The notes below the pieces were generated by a model. It saw only the letters and a list, made by a program, of their open reading frames with translations, had not been told where the DNA came from and made no database searches. A DNA stretch of 35,931 nt from a virus (taxonomy: Duplodnaviria; Caudoviricetes), in the IMG/VR virus record IMGVR_UViG_3300031519_000087, positions 1-35,931 of that record; one strand, 5' to 3'. Made by a program: the position numbers and the translations under genes. How positions within the stretch are numbered: the first letter of the stretch is position 1; each line of letters begins with the position of its first letter. Below are positions 1 to 8,276 of this stretch, in pieces.

Positions 1-7
1 GACTAAG

Positions 8-23
8 GTACCCATAGTAGATA
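8..23 (+). promoter_or_regulatory. Putative phage RNAP promoter, early/middle type (GTACCCATAGTAGATA)
   Basis: Exact 16-nt match to 2528-2543. Non-coding, about 40 nt before the RNAP start, and ends in TAG plus purine like T7/SP6-type promoters. Confidence 0.7.
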
Positions 24-62
24 CGAAAACATAACCCAATTAAATTATAGGAGTTTGTTAAC

Positions 63-2519
63 ATGGTAAAATTGATTGAAAGCGTTGCAAGTTATAAAGA
101 TGAGCTTGCACACGAAAAAGAGATGAGAGATTTAGGCTCTAAGCGTACTAATACAAGATTACTTTCTCACATTGAGCGTGGTGAAGAGAGTGTAACATCA
201 TACGGTAAAATAATGGTTGCTAACACCATAAGACCAATGGCTAAAGAGATAGCTGAATGGGTCACTGAGCAATCAAAAAAGACTATTGGAAAACCATCCA
301 TAGCTTACACTAAAATGTGCGAAGTTGAGCCTGAGATATTGGCTCTAATTACCGGCAAGCACATTATAAATACAATCACACAAAGTAAACCATTGACCGC
401 CACTTGCATTGCACTAGGCGGCAAAGTAGAAACTGAGATTAGTCTTAAAAACTTTAAAACTTTAAATCCAGATTTATACCAAACAGTAAAAAATGATTTA
501 GATAAGCGTAGTTTTAATTATACTTATAAGCGTAGGAAACTAAGAGAGAGTGCAAAAAGAGATGTTGCAACGGATGTAGTTATTTGGGAAGAGTGGACAA
601 CGCCTACTAAGTTGCATGTCGGACTTAGATTGGTTGAGCTTATGATTTATTCAACGGGCATGATTGAGATTGGCACTGAAACTGTAAGACACAAAAAAGC
701 TAAGATAATAAAACAAACTGATAAAACTAGGGAGTGGATTAAAAATAGAAATAGCTTTAACGAATTACTTAACCCTGAATATTTACCAACAGTTATGCCA
801 CCTAAAATGTGGTCTACTGTAACCGGTGGTGGTTATTGGACTAAAGAGTTACCAGAGTTAGACCTTGTTAAACAAAAAAATAAACTGTTTAAAAAGGAAT
901 TAGAAAACTTTGATATGCCTGAGGTTTATAGCGCAGTCAATACAATGCAAAACACACCTTTTAAAGTTAATAATTTTATCTTAAAAGTTATGCAAGAGGC
1001 GTGGGATAGAGGCTTAGCGGTTGGTGGAATGCCACCTAATGTTAATTTAGATATACCTAACAAGCCTCACGACATAGACACAAATCCTGAGTCTCGTAAA
1101 GCATGGAAGATGAAAGCTGTTATGGCTCACACAGAGAATGCCCGTATGTTTTCTAAAAGATTACTGTATGCTAAAATCATATGGTTGGGTCAAAAGTTTG
1201 CCAATTACGCAACTGTATATTTTCCTTTGCAATTAGATTTCAGAGGTAGAGCTTATGCGGTTCCGGCATTTCTTAACTATCAATCAATCAATGGTGCTAA
1301 GGCTTTGTTGTCGTTTGCACATGGTAAACCAATCACTAAAGAAAATAAAGGTGACTATTGGTTGGCTGTGCATGGTGCTAATATGTTTGGAGAAGATAAA
1401 ATTTCTTTTGCTGAGCGTGTTAAATGGACTAAAGACAATGAAGCTATGATTGTTGCGTGTGCGGCAGACCCATTAACTAACAGACAATGGGAAGATGCTT
1501 CTAACGCATTTCAATTTTTAGCATTTTGTGATGAGTGGGCTAGGTTCTTAAAAGAAGGAGATGGCTTTATTTCAAGCATACCGGTTAATGTTGATGGCTC
1601 ATGTAATGGCTTACAATTATATTCATTAATGTTGAGAGACAGTAAAGCTGGCAAGCTAGTTAACTTAACACCGACTGCAACGCCTCAAGACATTTATCAA
1701 TTAGTTGCTGATGCAGTTATTGAGCAATTAAAATTAGATGTAAAAGACGGAAACCCTTATGCTCAAAAATGGTTAGATTATGGTATCAAGAGGTCAACAA
1801 CTAAGCGTAGTATTATGACTATTTGTTATGGTTCAACAAGATATTCATGTACTGAGTTTGTTATTGAAGACTTAACAAAACGACAAGACAAAGGAGAACA
1901 TAACCCGTTTCAAAATGATTTGTTTAAACCAGCAAGTTATTTGTCGGCGGTAATATGGGATAGTATTGGAGATAACTTAACTTCTGCAAGAGTTGGTATG
2001 AATTATTTACAAACAATTGCTAGAATAGTTGCTAAAGAACAATTGCCGGTTCACTGGGTTACACCCGTTGGTTTTCCGGTTTACCAATCATATCCACAAA
2101 TGAAGTCTAAAAGAGTTAAAGCTATGCTTATGGGAGAAGTTATTAAGCCTAGAATTAATACTGAAACTGACTTAACTGACAAATTGAGAATGGGTAATGG
2201 AGTGGCACCTAATCTGGTTCATTCCGTAGACTCAGCCGCAATGATGAAAACTGTTAACATAGCTCACAAGAATGGTATTACTAATTTTTGTAATGTGCAT
2301 GATAGTTTTGGTACTACTGCTGGAGATGTTGAAATACTTAACAAGTCTATTAGAGAAGCATTTATAGAAATGTTTACTAATAATGATGTATTGTTAAATT
2401 TCAGAAATGATGTGTTAAAACAATTACCAGTAGAACTACACTCTAAATTACCTGAAGTTCCCGCAAAAGGCGATTTAGATATACAACAACTGCGGGAGAG
2501 TGAGTTCTTTTTTGCGTAA
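63..2519 (+). CDS. gp1: Single-subunit T7-type DNA-directed RNA polymerase
   Basis: 818 aa. Motifs DFRGRAY, DGSCNGLQ (motif A), RSTTKRSIMTICYGS (motif B), PNLVHSVD and VHDSF (motif C); C-terminal FFFA; AGGAG RBS upstream. Confidence 0.99.
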   Translation: MVKLIESVASYKDELAHEKEMRDLGSKRTNTRLLSHIERGEESVTSYGKIMVANTIRPMAKEIAEWVTEQSKKTIGKPSIAYTKMCEVEPEILALITGKHIINTITQSKPLTATCIALGGKVETEISLKNFKTLNPDLYQTVKNDLDKRSFNYTYKRRKLRESAKRDVATDVVIWEEWTTPTKLHVGLRLVELMIYSTGMIEIGTETVRHKKAKIIKQTDKTREWIKNRNSFNELLNPEYLPTVMPPKMWSTVTGGGYWTKELPELDLVKQKNKLFKKELENFDMPEVYSAVNTMQNTPFKVNNFILKVMQEAWDRGLAVGGMPPNVNLDIPNKPHDIDTNPESRKAWKMKAVMAHTENARMFSKRLLYAKIIWLGQKFANYATVYFPLQLDFRGRAYAVPAFLNYQSINGAKALLSFAHGKPITKENKGDYWLAVHGANMFGEDKISFAERVKWTKDNEAMIVACAADPLTNRQWEDASNAFQFLAFCDEWARFLKEGDGFISSIPVNVDGSCNGLQLYSLMLRDSKAGKLVNLTPTATPQDIYQLVADAVIEQLKLDVKDGNPYAQKWLDYGIKRSTTKRSIMTICYGSTRYSCTEFVIEDLTKRQDKGEHNPFQNDLFKPASYLSAVIWDSIGDNLTSARVGMNYLQTIARIVAKEQLPVHWVTPVGFPVYQSYPQMKSKRVKAMLMGEVIKPRINTETDLTDKLRMGNGVAPNLVHSVDSAAMMKTVNIAHKNGITNFCNVHDSFGTTAGDVEILNKSIREAFIEMFTNNDVLLNFRNDVLKQLPVELHSKLPEVPAKGDLDIQQLRESEFFFA

Positions 2520-2527
2520 GCATTTAA

Positions 2528-2543
2528 GTACCCATAGTAGATA
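2528..2543 (+). promoter_or_regulatory. Putative phage RNAP promoter driving the replication module
   Basis: GTACCCATAGTAGATA, identical to 8-23, in the RNAP-SSB gap and followed by an AAGGAG RBS. Confidence 0.75.
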
Positions 2544-2566
2544 TAATACAAAGGAGTATATATAAT

Positions 2567-3205
2567 ATGAAGAACAATTACACAAAAATTGTAAGTCCTG
2601 AAGGAGTAAGTCAGTATGCATGGCTAACACAGCCAGATACTAAGTTTGATGATAGTGGACATTACAAAGTTAACCTTATCATTCCTACTGACAAGGCATC
2701 TTCATTAATTAAACAGATTGATGAAGAAATGATTAAGAGCATGGCAACAGCTAAAGATAGCAATAAAGGTAAAACTATAAAAAGTGCTAATGCGCCTTAT
2801 GATGATGAACTTGATGATGATGGTAAACCCACTGGGAATACTATCTTTAAGTTTAAAAGAAAAGCTCAAATAATTACTAAAGATGGTAAAGTTGTACCAT
2901 TTAAAGTAGCGTTATTTGATAGCAAGGGTGTTCCATTAACAGATGTTAATGTATGGTCAGGTAGTAAAATGAAAGCAAGTGCTGAGCTTGTGCATTGGTT
3001 TACCGCAATGGCTGGGGCTGGCGTATCACTAAGACTAAGAGCGGTTCAGATTACTGAATTAGTAGAAGGTGGTAGTGGCAGTAATGCAGAAGGCTTTGGC
3101 TTTGATGAAGTTAAAGACGGATATAAAGCTCCAGAAAAACCTCAACAAGACGAAACATTTGAAAATGAAGTTCCCGCACAGACCGAAAACAAAGCTGACT
3201 TCTAG
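2567..3205 (+). CDS. gp2.5: Single-stranded DNA-binding protein (T7 gp2.5-like)
   Basis: WLTQPDTKF, WSGS and GAGVSLRLRAVQ motifs; acidic C-terminal tail ending in Phe (ADF); synteny. Confidence 0.95.
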   Translation: MKNNYTKIVSPEGVSQYAWLTQPDTKFDDSGHYKVNLIIPTDKASSLIKQIDEEMIKSMATAKDSNKGKTIKSANAPYDDELDDDGKPTGNTIFKFKRKAQIITKDGKVVPFKVALFDSKGVPLTDVNVWSGSKMKASAELVHWFTAMAGAGVSLRLRAVQITELVEGGSGSNAEGFGFDEVKDGYKAPEKPQQDETFENEVPAQTENKADF

Positions 3206-3581
3206 TCAGATTGGATTGTTTAAGGGCTTCAGGTCAGGCTTAGAAGTAGCGATTGCTTCTGAGCTTGATAGTCAGCGTGTAGAGTATCACTTTGAAAAAA
3301 CTAAATTAAGTTATACGAAACCAGAGAAAGTGCATACCTACACACCTGATTTTTATTTAGTTCAAAAAGATATATACATTGAAACTAAAGGATATTTTAC
3401 TACTCAAGACAGACAAAAAATGCGTCTAATAAAAGAACAACACCCAAAGTTAGACATTAGATTTATCTTTAGTAATTCAAGACAACGCATAAGCAAAAAA
3501 TCAAAGACAACATATGGGATGTGGTGTGATAAATATGGATTTCAATACACCGATAAACATGTACCGAAGGAGTGGCTATGA
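3165..3581 (+). CDS. gp3: Endonuclease I / Holliday junction resolvase (T7 gp3-like)
   Basis: FRSGLE, YTPDF, IETKG, DIRFIF and TTYGMW motifs. The in-frame ATG at 3165 is preferred over the track start of 3069, which overlaps SSB heavily. Confidence 0.95.
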   Translation: MKFPHRPKTKLTSSQIGLFKGFRSGLEVAIASELDSQRVEYHFEKTKLSYTKPEKVHTYTPDFYLVQKDIYIETKGYFTTQDRQKMRLIKEQHPKLDIRFIFSNSRQRISKKSKTTYGMWCDKYGFQYTDKHVPKEWL

Positions 3582-4003
3582 GTAATACACGAATAGAAAC
3601 AAAGTATATTGTTGTGCATTCAAGTCAAACTAATCCAACACAGAATTTAAATGCAAAAGATTTAGATACACAACATAGAAAAGAAGGTTTATTTTCTTGC
3701 AAGTTTCATAAGATTATAAAGAGAGATGGAGAGATACAAGATGGTAGAGATATTATGCTTGCTGGTGCTCATGTAGATAAAAACATTGAGCTATCAAATA
3801 AAAATTCTATTGGCATTTGTCTAATTGGTGGACACAATGCTAACGGACAGCCTGAATGTAATTTTACTTTAAAACAATATCAAAGTTTATCTACTTTGGT
3901 TGCAGATTTAGAGTCTTTTTACAAGCAGGTTGAAATTGTCGGACACAGAGATGTGTCAGACTCCTTATGTCCACAGTTTAATGTAAAAGAACTGTTGGCA
4001 TAG
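3578..4003 (+). CDS. gp3.5: T7 lysozyme-like N-acetylmuramoyl-L-alanine amidase / RNAP inhibitor homolog with catalytic substitutions
   Basis: IVVHSS, NKNSIGICLIGG and GHRD...CPQF motifs. AAGGAG at 3567-3572 precedes ATG 3578, which forms an ATGA overlap with the gp3 stop. Confidence 0.92.
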   Translation: MSNTRIETKYIVVHSSQTNPTQNLNAKDLDTQHRKEGLFSCKFHKIIKRDGEIQDGRDIMLAGAHVDKNIELSNKNSIGICLIGGHNANGQPECNFTLKQYQSLSTLVADLESFYKQVEIVGHRDVSDSLCPQFNVKELLA

Positions 4004-4012
4004 TTTGTTTGT

Positions 4013-4046
4013 ACTTGCTGGGTAGAAATACCCAGTGAGTTTTATT
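4013..4046 (+). terminator. GNRA-capped stem-loop: intrinsic terminator/attenuator or RNA processing site
   Basis: ACTTGCTGGGTA-GAAA-TACCCAGTGAGT forms a 12-bp stem with two G-U pairs, followed by TTTATT, in the amidase-primase gap. Confidence 0.7.
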
Positions 4047-4069
4047 AATTTAACAATGGAGACATTAAT

Positions 4070-5674
4070 GTGGAAGTAAATACTGAAAGTAATTTTTTAT
4101 ATCACAGTTCATGCACTGAATGTGGCTCTAGTGATGCAAACTCAATATATGATGACGGGCACAGCTTTTGTTTTTCATGTAACACAAACAAACAAGGAGT
4201 AGAGACTTTGACACAAACAAACAAACAAGAACCTAGTAAAGATTTTATAAGCGGTGATATAACTGCTTTATCAAAAAGAAAAATTGATTTCAACACAGCA
4301 CAAAAGTTTAATTATCAAATTGGAGCATACTTTGGTAGACCATGTCAGATTGCAAACTATTATAATAGTGACAAAGTATTAGTTGCACAAAAACTAAGAT
4401 ACCCTGATAAAACATTTCAGTGGATAGGTGAGGCAAAACAATCTGGTTTATTTGGTCAGCATTTATGGCGTACAAATGGTAAAATGATTATCATTACAGA
4501 AGGTGAATTGGATGCCTTAAGCGTTTCAAAAATTAATTCCAATAAATTCCCAGTAGTTAGTATTAAGTCAGGTGCGGCAGGTGCTAAAAAAGATATACAA
4601 AAAGAACTTGAGTTTTTAGAAAGTTATGAGTCTGTAATTATTTTATTTGACCAAGATGAGCATGGACAGAAAGCGGCAGTAGAATGCGCTAAATTATTCT
4701 CTCCAAACAAAGCTAAAATTTGTACTTTACCTTTAAAAGATGCTAACGATATGCTACTTGCTGGGAAAACAAAAGAACTAACAGATTGTATTTGGTCTAG
4801 TAAAGCGTACAGACCGGATGGTATTGTTTTAGGTTCAGACTTGTGGAGTGAAATACAAAAAGAAGATAAGTTTGTTACAGTTCCATATCCATTTGAAAGT
4901 TTAAATATTAAGACACATGGATTGCGTAAAGGTGAGCTTGTTACTATTACTGCTGGTAGTGGTGTAGGTAAATCTTCATTTTGTAGACATGTGGCATTAC
5001 AATTATTAAAACATGATTACACAGTAGGTTACATTGCTTTAGAAGAGACAATGAAACATAGTGCACTGGGTATCATGGGTGTTGAATTAAAGAAACCATT
5101 ACATTTAACTAGGGAAGGTATTAGTGAAGAACAATTACATAAGACATTTAACGATACTGTGGGCAGTGGTAAGTTCTATTTGTATAATCATTTTGGTTCT
5201 ACAATTGCAGATAACTTGCTCGCTAAAATAAGATACATGGCTAAAGCGTGTAATGTAGATTATGTTATTCTTGACCACTTACACATGGCATTATCTGCGT
5301 TAGGAGATTCTAACACAACAGATGAGAGAAAACTTATAGACTACTTTGTATCTAAATTAAGAACTTTAGTAGAAGAAACTGGAATTGGTTTGATACTTGT
5401 ATCACATTTATCAAGAGCCAAAGATGGAAACAAAGGTTATGAAGATGGACTACAAGTGTCTATGAATAGTCTTAGAGGCTCAGCTTCAATAGCTCAGTTG
5501 TCAAATATGGTACTTTCTATATCCAGAGACTTACAAGCTGATAATAACTTAGCTCAAGTCAATGTTCTTAAAAATAGGTTCAGTGGAGAAACTGGAAAAG
5601 CTTGTGATTTACATTATGATTTAGAAACTGGTTGTTTGACTGAGGTGCAAGGAGAAACGCTTGACGATTTCTAA
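4070..5674 (+). CDS. gp4: DNA primase/helicase (T7 gp4A-like)
   Basis: Zn ribbon CTEC...CFSC, TOPRIM ITEGELDA and FDQDEHG, Walker A AGSGVGKS, VILDH, LRGS and LKNRFSGETG. GTG start after GGAG. Confidence 0.98.
   Translation: MEVNTESNFLYHSSCTECGSSDANSIYDDGHSFCFSCNTNKQGVETLTQTNKQEPSKDFISGDITALSKRKIDFNTAQKFNYQIGAYFGRPCQIANYYNSDKVLVAQKLRYPDKTFQWIGEAKQSGLFGQHLWRTNGKMIIITEGELDALSVSKINSNKFPVVSIKSGAAGAKKDIQKELEFLESYESVIILFDQDEHGQKAAVECAKLFSPNKAKICTLPLKDANDMLLAGKTKELTDCIWSSKAYRPDGIVLGSDLWSEIQKEDKFVTVPYPFESLNIKTHGLRKGELVTITAGSGVGKSSFCRHVALQLLKHDYTVGYIALEETMKHSALGIMGVELKKPLHLTREGISEEQLHKTFNDTVGSGKFYLYNHFGSTIADNLLAKIRYMAKACNVDYVILDHLHMALSALGDSNTTDERKLIDYFVSKLRTLVEETGIGLILVSHLSRAKDGNKGYEDGLQVSMNSLRGSASIAQLSNMVLSISRDLQADNNLAQVNVLKNRFSGETGKACDLHYDLETGCLTEVQGETLDDF
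4208..5674 (+). CDS. Probable internal-start isoform lacking the zinc-binding domain (gp4B-like)
   Basis: AAGGAG at 4194-4199 followed 8 nt later by an in-frame TTG at 4208, just after the Zn ribbon, as in T7 gp4A/4B. Confidence 0.6.
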   Translation: MTQTNKQEPSKDFISGDITALSKRKIDFNTAQKFNYQIGAYFGRPCQIANYYNSDKVLVAQKLRYPDKTFQWIGEAKQSGLFGQHLWRTNGKMIIITEGELDALSVSKINSNKFPVVSIKSGAAGAKKDIQKELEFLESYESVIILFDQDEHGQKAAVECAKLFSPNKAKICTLPLKDANDMLLAGKTKELTDCIWSSKAYRPDGIVLGSDLWSEIQKEDKFVTVPYPFESLNIKTHGLRKGELVTITAGSGVGKSSFCRHVALQLLKHDYTVGYIALEETMKHSALGIMGVELKKPLHLTREGISEEQLHKTFNDTVGSGKFYLYNHFGSTIADNLLAKIRYMAKACNVDYVILDHLHMALSALGDSNTTDERKLIDYFVSKLRTLVEETGIGLILVSHLSRAKDGNKGYEDGLQVSMNSLRGSASIAQLSNMVLSISRDLQADNNLAQVNVLKNRFSGETGKACDLHYDLETGCLTEVQGETLDDF

Positions 5675-5891
5675 CAGAAAGTTAGTCAAAATGAAAAAAG
5701 ACTCATTAAGTTGGACAGTCTATGTAATGAATGCAGTTGCACAAGCCAAAAAATCAAATCAAGTTGTTATACTTGAGGTTGGAAAAGAATCCTCAGGTAA
5801 ATTGTTACAAGACGCATTGTTAAAACTAGCTTTAAGTGGTGAGGAAGCCGCTTGGATGGTAGATATTAAAGTACACACACATTTAAATTAA
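5661..5891 (+). CDS. Hypothetical protein
   Basis: 76-aa ORF, TTG start preceded by AAGGAG, fills the gap in the operon. Confidence 0.75.
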   Translation: MTISNRKLVKMKKDSLSWTVYVMNAVAQAKKSNQVVILEVGKESSGKLLQDALLKLALSGEEAAWMVDIKVHTHLN

Positions 5892-5899
5892 AGGAGATT

Positions 5900-6181
5900 A
5901 TGAAATTACCAACAATAAATAAAAAGATATTAGACGCTCCTTTTGTTTCCTTACATTGGAAGGACATTTGTGGTTCGGCTGAATGGGTTTCTTTAAAAGA
6001 AGCAAGAGAAAGTAAAGTTATTATTTGTATTTCAAATGGTTGGCTTATCAGAGCCGATAAAGAAGTTCATGTAGTTGCTGGTGATGTAAATTTTCAGCCA
6101 GATGGTACTTTAGGAGATGTAGGGAATGTAACTACAATACCAACAGTTAATGTATTAAAAATTAAAAAGGTAAAACTTTGA
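5900..6181 (+). CDS. Hypothetical protein (WxD...W...CxSxGWL...IP pattern)
   Basis: 93 aa, AAGGAG RBS, stop codon overlaps the polymerase start (TTGA). Confidence 0.85.
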   Translation: MKLPTINKKILDAPFVSLHWKDICGSAEWVSLKEARESKVIICISNGWLIRADKEVHVVAGDVNFQPDGTLGDVGNVTTIPTVNVLKIKKVKL

Positions 6182-7911
6182 GTAGTTATATATTTGATGT
6201 AGAGACTGATGGCTTTTTAGATGTCGTGTCTAAAGTACATTGCATTGTTTTAAAAGATGTTGATACAAACACAATGATACATTTACCAGTAGAAGAAGCT
6301 GTTGCTAAATTAGAAAAAGCAGATTTAATCATTGGTCATAATATTATAAAATACGATATTCCAGTTTTACAAAAATTATATGGCTTTGATTTTAAGAATA
6401 AAATTTTAGACACAATTGTAGCTACAAGATTATTATTCCCAGATGTAAAAGAAAAAGACTTTCAGCGTAAGGATTTTCCTAGAGATTGCATTGGTAGACA
6501 TAGTTTAAAAGCATGGGGTAATAGAATTGGTAACTACAAAGCACAGTTTGAAACTGATTGGAAAACTTATTCACCTGAAATGCTAGACTATTGTACTCAA
6601 GATGTAGAGGTAACTTATAATCTTTGGAAGATGATAGAACAAAAAGGTTACTCTCAACAAGCTATGGATTTAGAGCATGAAGTTTCTTTATTAATATTTA
6701 AACAAGAATCATATGGTTTTAGTTTTGATACTGATGGTGCTAAACAATTATATTCTAAATTACAAAGCAGAAGATTAGAATTAGAAGATGAGTTACAAAA
6801 TTTATTCCCACCTAAAACATTAAAGACACCTTTTATTCCTAAAGTAAATAACAAAGCTAGAGGATATGTTAAAGGTGAAACTTTTTATAAAGAAAAGATT
6901 GTTACATTTAATCCTTCTAGTAGACACCACATAGCAGATAGATTATCTGAAATGCATGGTTGGAAACCTACTGTGTTCAATGATGATGGTAAACCAAAGC
7001 TAGATGAAACTACTTTGTCAGCTTTACCATACCCAGAAGCTAAAACATTATGTGAGCATTTCTTATTAGATAAAAGAATTGGACAGCTAGCAACTGGTGC
7101 GCAAGCTTGGTTAAAACATGAGAAGAAGAATAAAATACATGGCACTTGTAATACTAACTCTACAGTAACAGCCAGAGCAACACACTCGTACCCAAACATG
7201 GCGCAGATTCCTAGTGTATCTGTGCAGTATGGTAAAGAGTGTCGTGCATTATTTACAGTTCCAGCCGGTAAAAAACTTGTAGGCATTGATGTCTCAGGTT
7301 TAGAAGTGAGAATGTTGGCTCACTATATGGCTAGGTATGACAAAGGAGACTACTCTAAAGTTGTGTTAGATGGTGATATACATACTGAGACACAAACTTT
7401 AGCTGGTTTAGATAGTCGTGACTTAGCCAAGCGTTATTTTTATTGTTTTTTATATGGTGGTGGCGTTAAAAAAATCGCTTCTGTTATAAATAAATCAGTA
7501 CCAGAGGCATCTAAAATTAAAAAAAGATTCTTAAATAATTTACCTGCATTAAATAAATTAATTGTAGATGTTCAAAAAGTTGCTGAGCGTGGATTTTTAA
7601 TGGGTTTAGATAAGAGACAAGTTAAAGTGCGTTCATCACATGCCGCATTAAATACTTTATTACAAAGTTCAGGGGCACTGGTATGTAAACAGTGGTTAGT
7701 TGAATTTGATAAAGTTATAAGTAAGATACCAGAAGCTCAACAAGTAGTGTGGGTGCATGATGAAATACAAGTAGAATGTCTTGAAAAAGATGCAGATACA
7801 ATTGGGCAATTAGCCATAAAAGCAATAGAAGATACTGGTAGATATTTTAATTTAAGACTACCTTTAACTGGTGAATATAAAATAGGAGACAACTGGAGTG
7901 AAACACACTAA
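6178..7911 (+). CDS. gp5: Family A DNA polymerase with 3'-5' exonuclease (T7 gp5-like), Tyr at the PolI-762 position
   Basis: FDVETDG, GHNIIKYD, YCTQDV, DVSGLEVR, RDLAKRYFYCFLYGG and VHDEIQ motifs; 577 aa. Confidence 0.98.
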   Translation: MSSYIFDVETDGFLDVVSKVHCIVLKDVDTNTMIHLPVEEAVAKLEKADLIIGHNIIKYDIPVLQKLYGFDFKNKILDTIVATRLLFPDVKEKDFQRKDFPRDCIGRHSLKAWGNRIGNYKAQFETDWKTYSPEMLDYCTQDVEVTYNLWKMIEQKGYSQQAMDLEHEVSLLIFKQESYGFSFDTDGAKQLYSKLQSRRLELEDELQNLFPPKTLKTPFIPKVNNKARGYVKGETFYKEKIVTFNPSSRHHIADRLSEMHGWKPTVFNDDGKPKLDETTLSALPYPEAKTLCEHFLLDKRIGQLATGAQAWLKHEKKNKIHGTCNTNSTVTARATHSYPNMAQIPSVSVQYGKECRALFTVPAGKKLVGIDVSGLEVRMLAHYMARYDKGDYSKVVLDGDIHTETQTLAGLDSRDLAKRYFYCFLYGGGVKKIASVINKSVPEASKIKKRFLNNLPALNKLIVDVQKVAERGFLMGLDKRQVKVRSSHAALNTLLQSSGALVCKQWLVEFDKVISKIPEAQQVVWVHDEIQVECLEKDADTIGQLAIKAIEDTGRYFNLRLPLTGEYKIGDNWSETH

Positions 7912-8266
7912 AGCACAGCCTCGTTTTGATTTAGATTTAAAGTTTGGTCAACAAAATGAGAACGATTTTTTAACAGCGATTGAAGGTAAAGTAGAAGTAA
8001 AGACAGACAGAATGTGTATTAAGACTGGCAATGTTTATATTGAAACTGAAAGCAGAGGCAAAGCTTCCGGTGTATATAATACTGATGCTAAATATTATGC
8101 TATCTGTTTATATAAAGCCGACAGAAAAAAGAATGTCTGGGTTTTAGTTCCTACTAAACATCTAATAAAGTTGATGAAAAAATATCCAGTAAAAGCTGGT
8201 GGAGACAATTGGACTTCTAAAGGACACATAGTACCTAAAGAAGCTTTAATAACATTTGATATATAA
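7898..8266 (+). CDS. Hypothetical protein, possible PD-(D/E)XK-fold nuclease
   Basis: 122 aa with VEVKTD and TGNVYIE motifs; GTG start with AGGAG upstream. The fold call is inference. Confidence 0.7.
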   Translation: MKHTKAQPRFDLDLKFGQQNENDFLTAIEGKVEVKTDRMCIKTGNVYIETESRGKASGVYNTDAKYYAICLYKADRKKNVWVLVPTKHLIKLMKKYPVKAGGDNWTSKGHIVPKEALITFDI

Positions 8267-8276
8267 AGGAGAAAAT

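Noticed and set aside
1255-1449. Alternative-frame + strand ORF inside RNAP (similarly 23410-23622 inside the gp16-like gene)
   Set aside because: Short, fully nested, with no convincing RBS or motif.
3069-3164. Track-extended N-termini (3069 for endonuclease; also 3572, 8256 and 34503)
   Set aside because: Downstream in-frame ATGs (3165, 3578, 8277, 34527) have better RBS, stop-start coupling or less overlap with the upstream gene.
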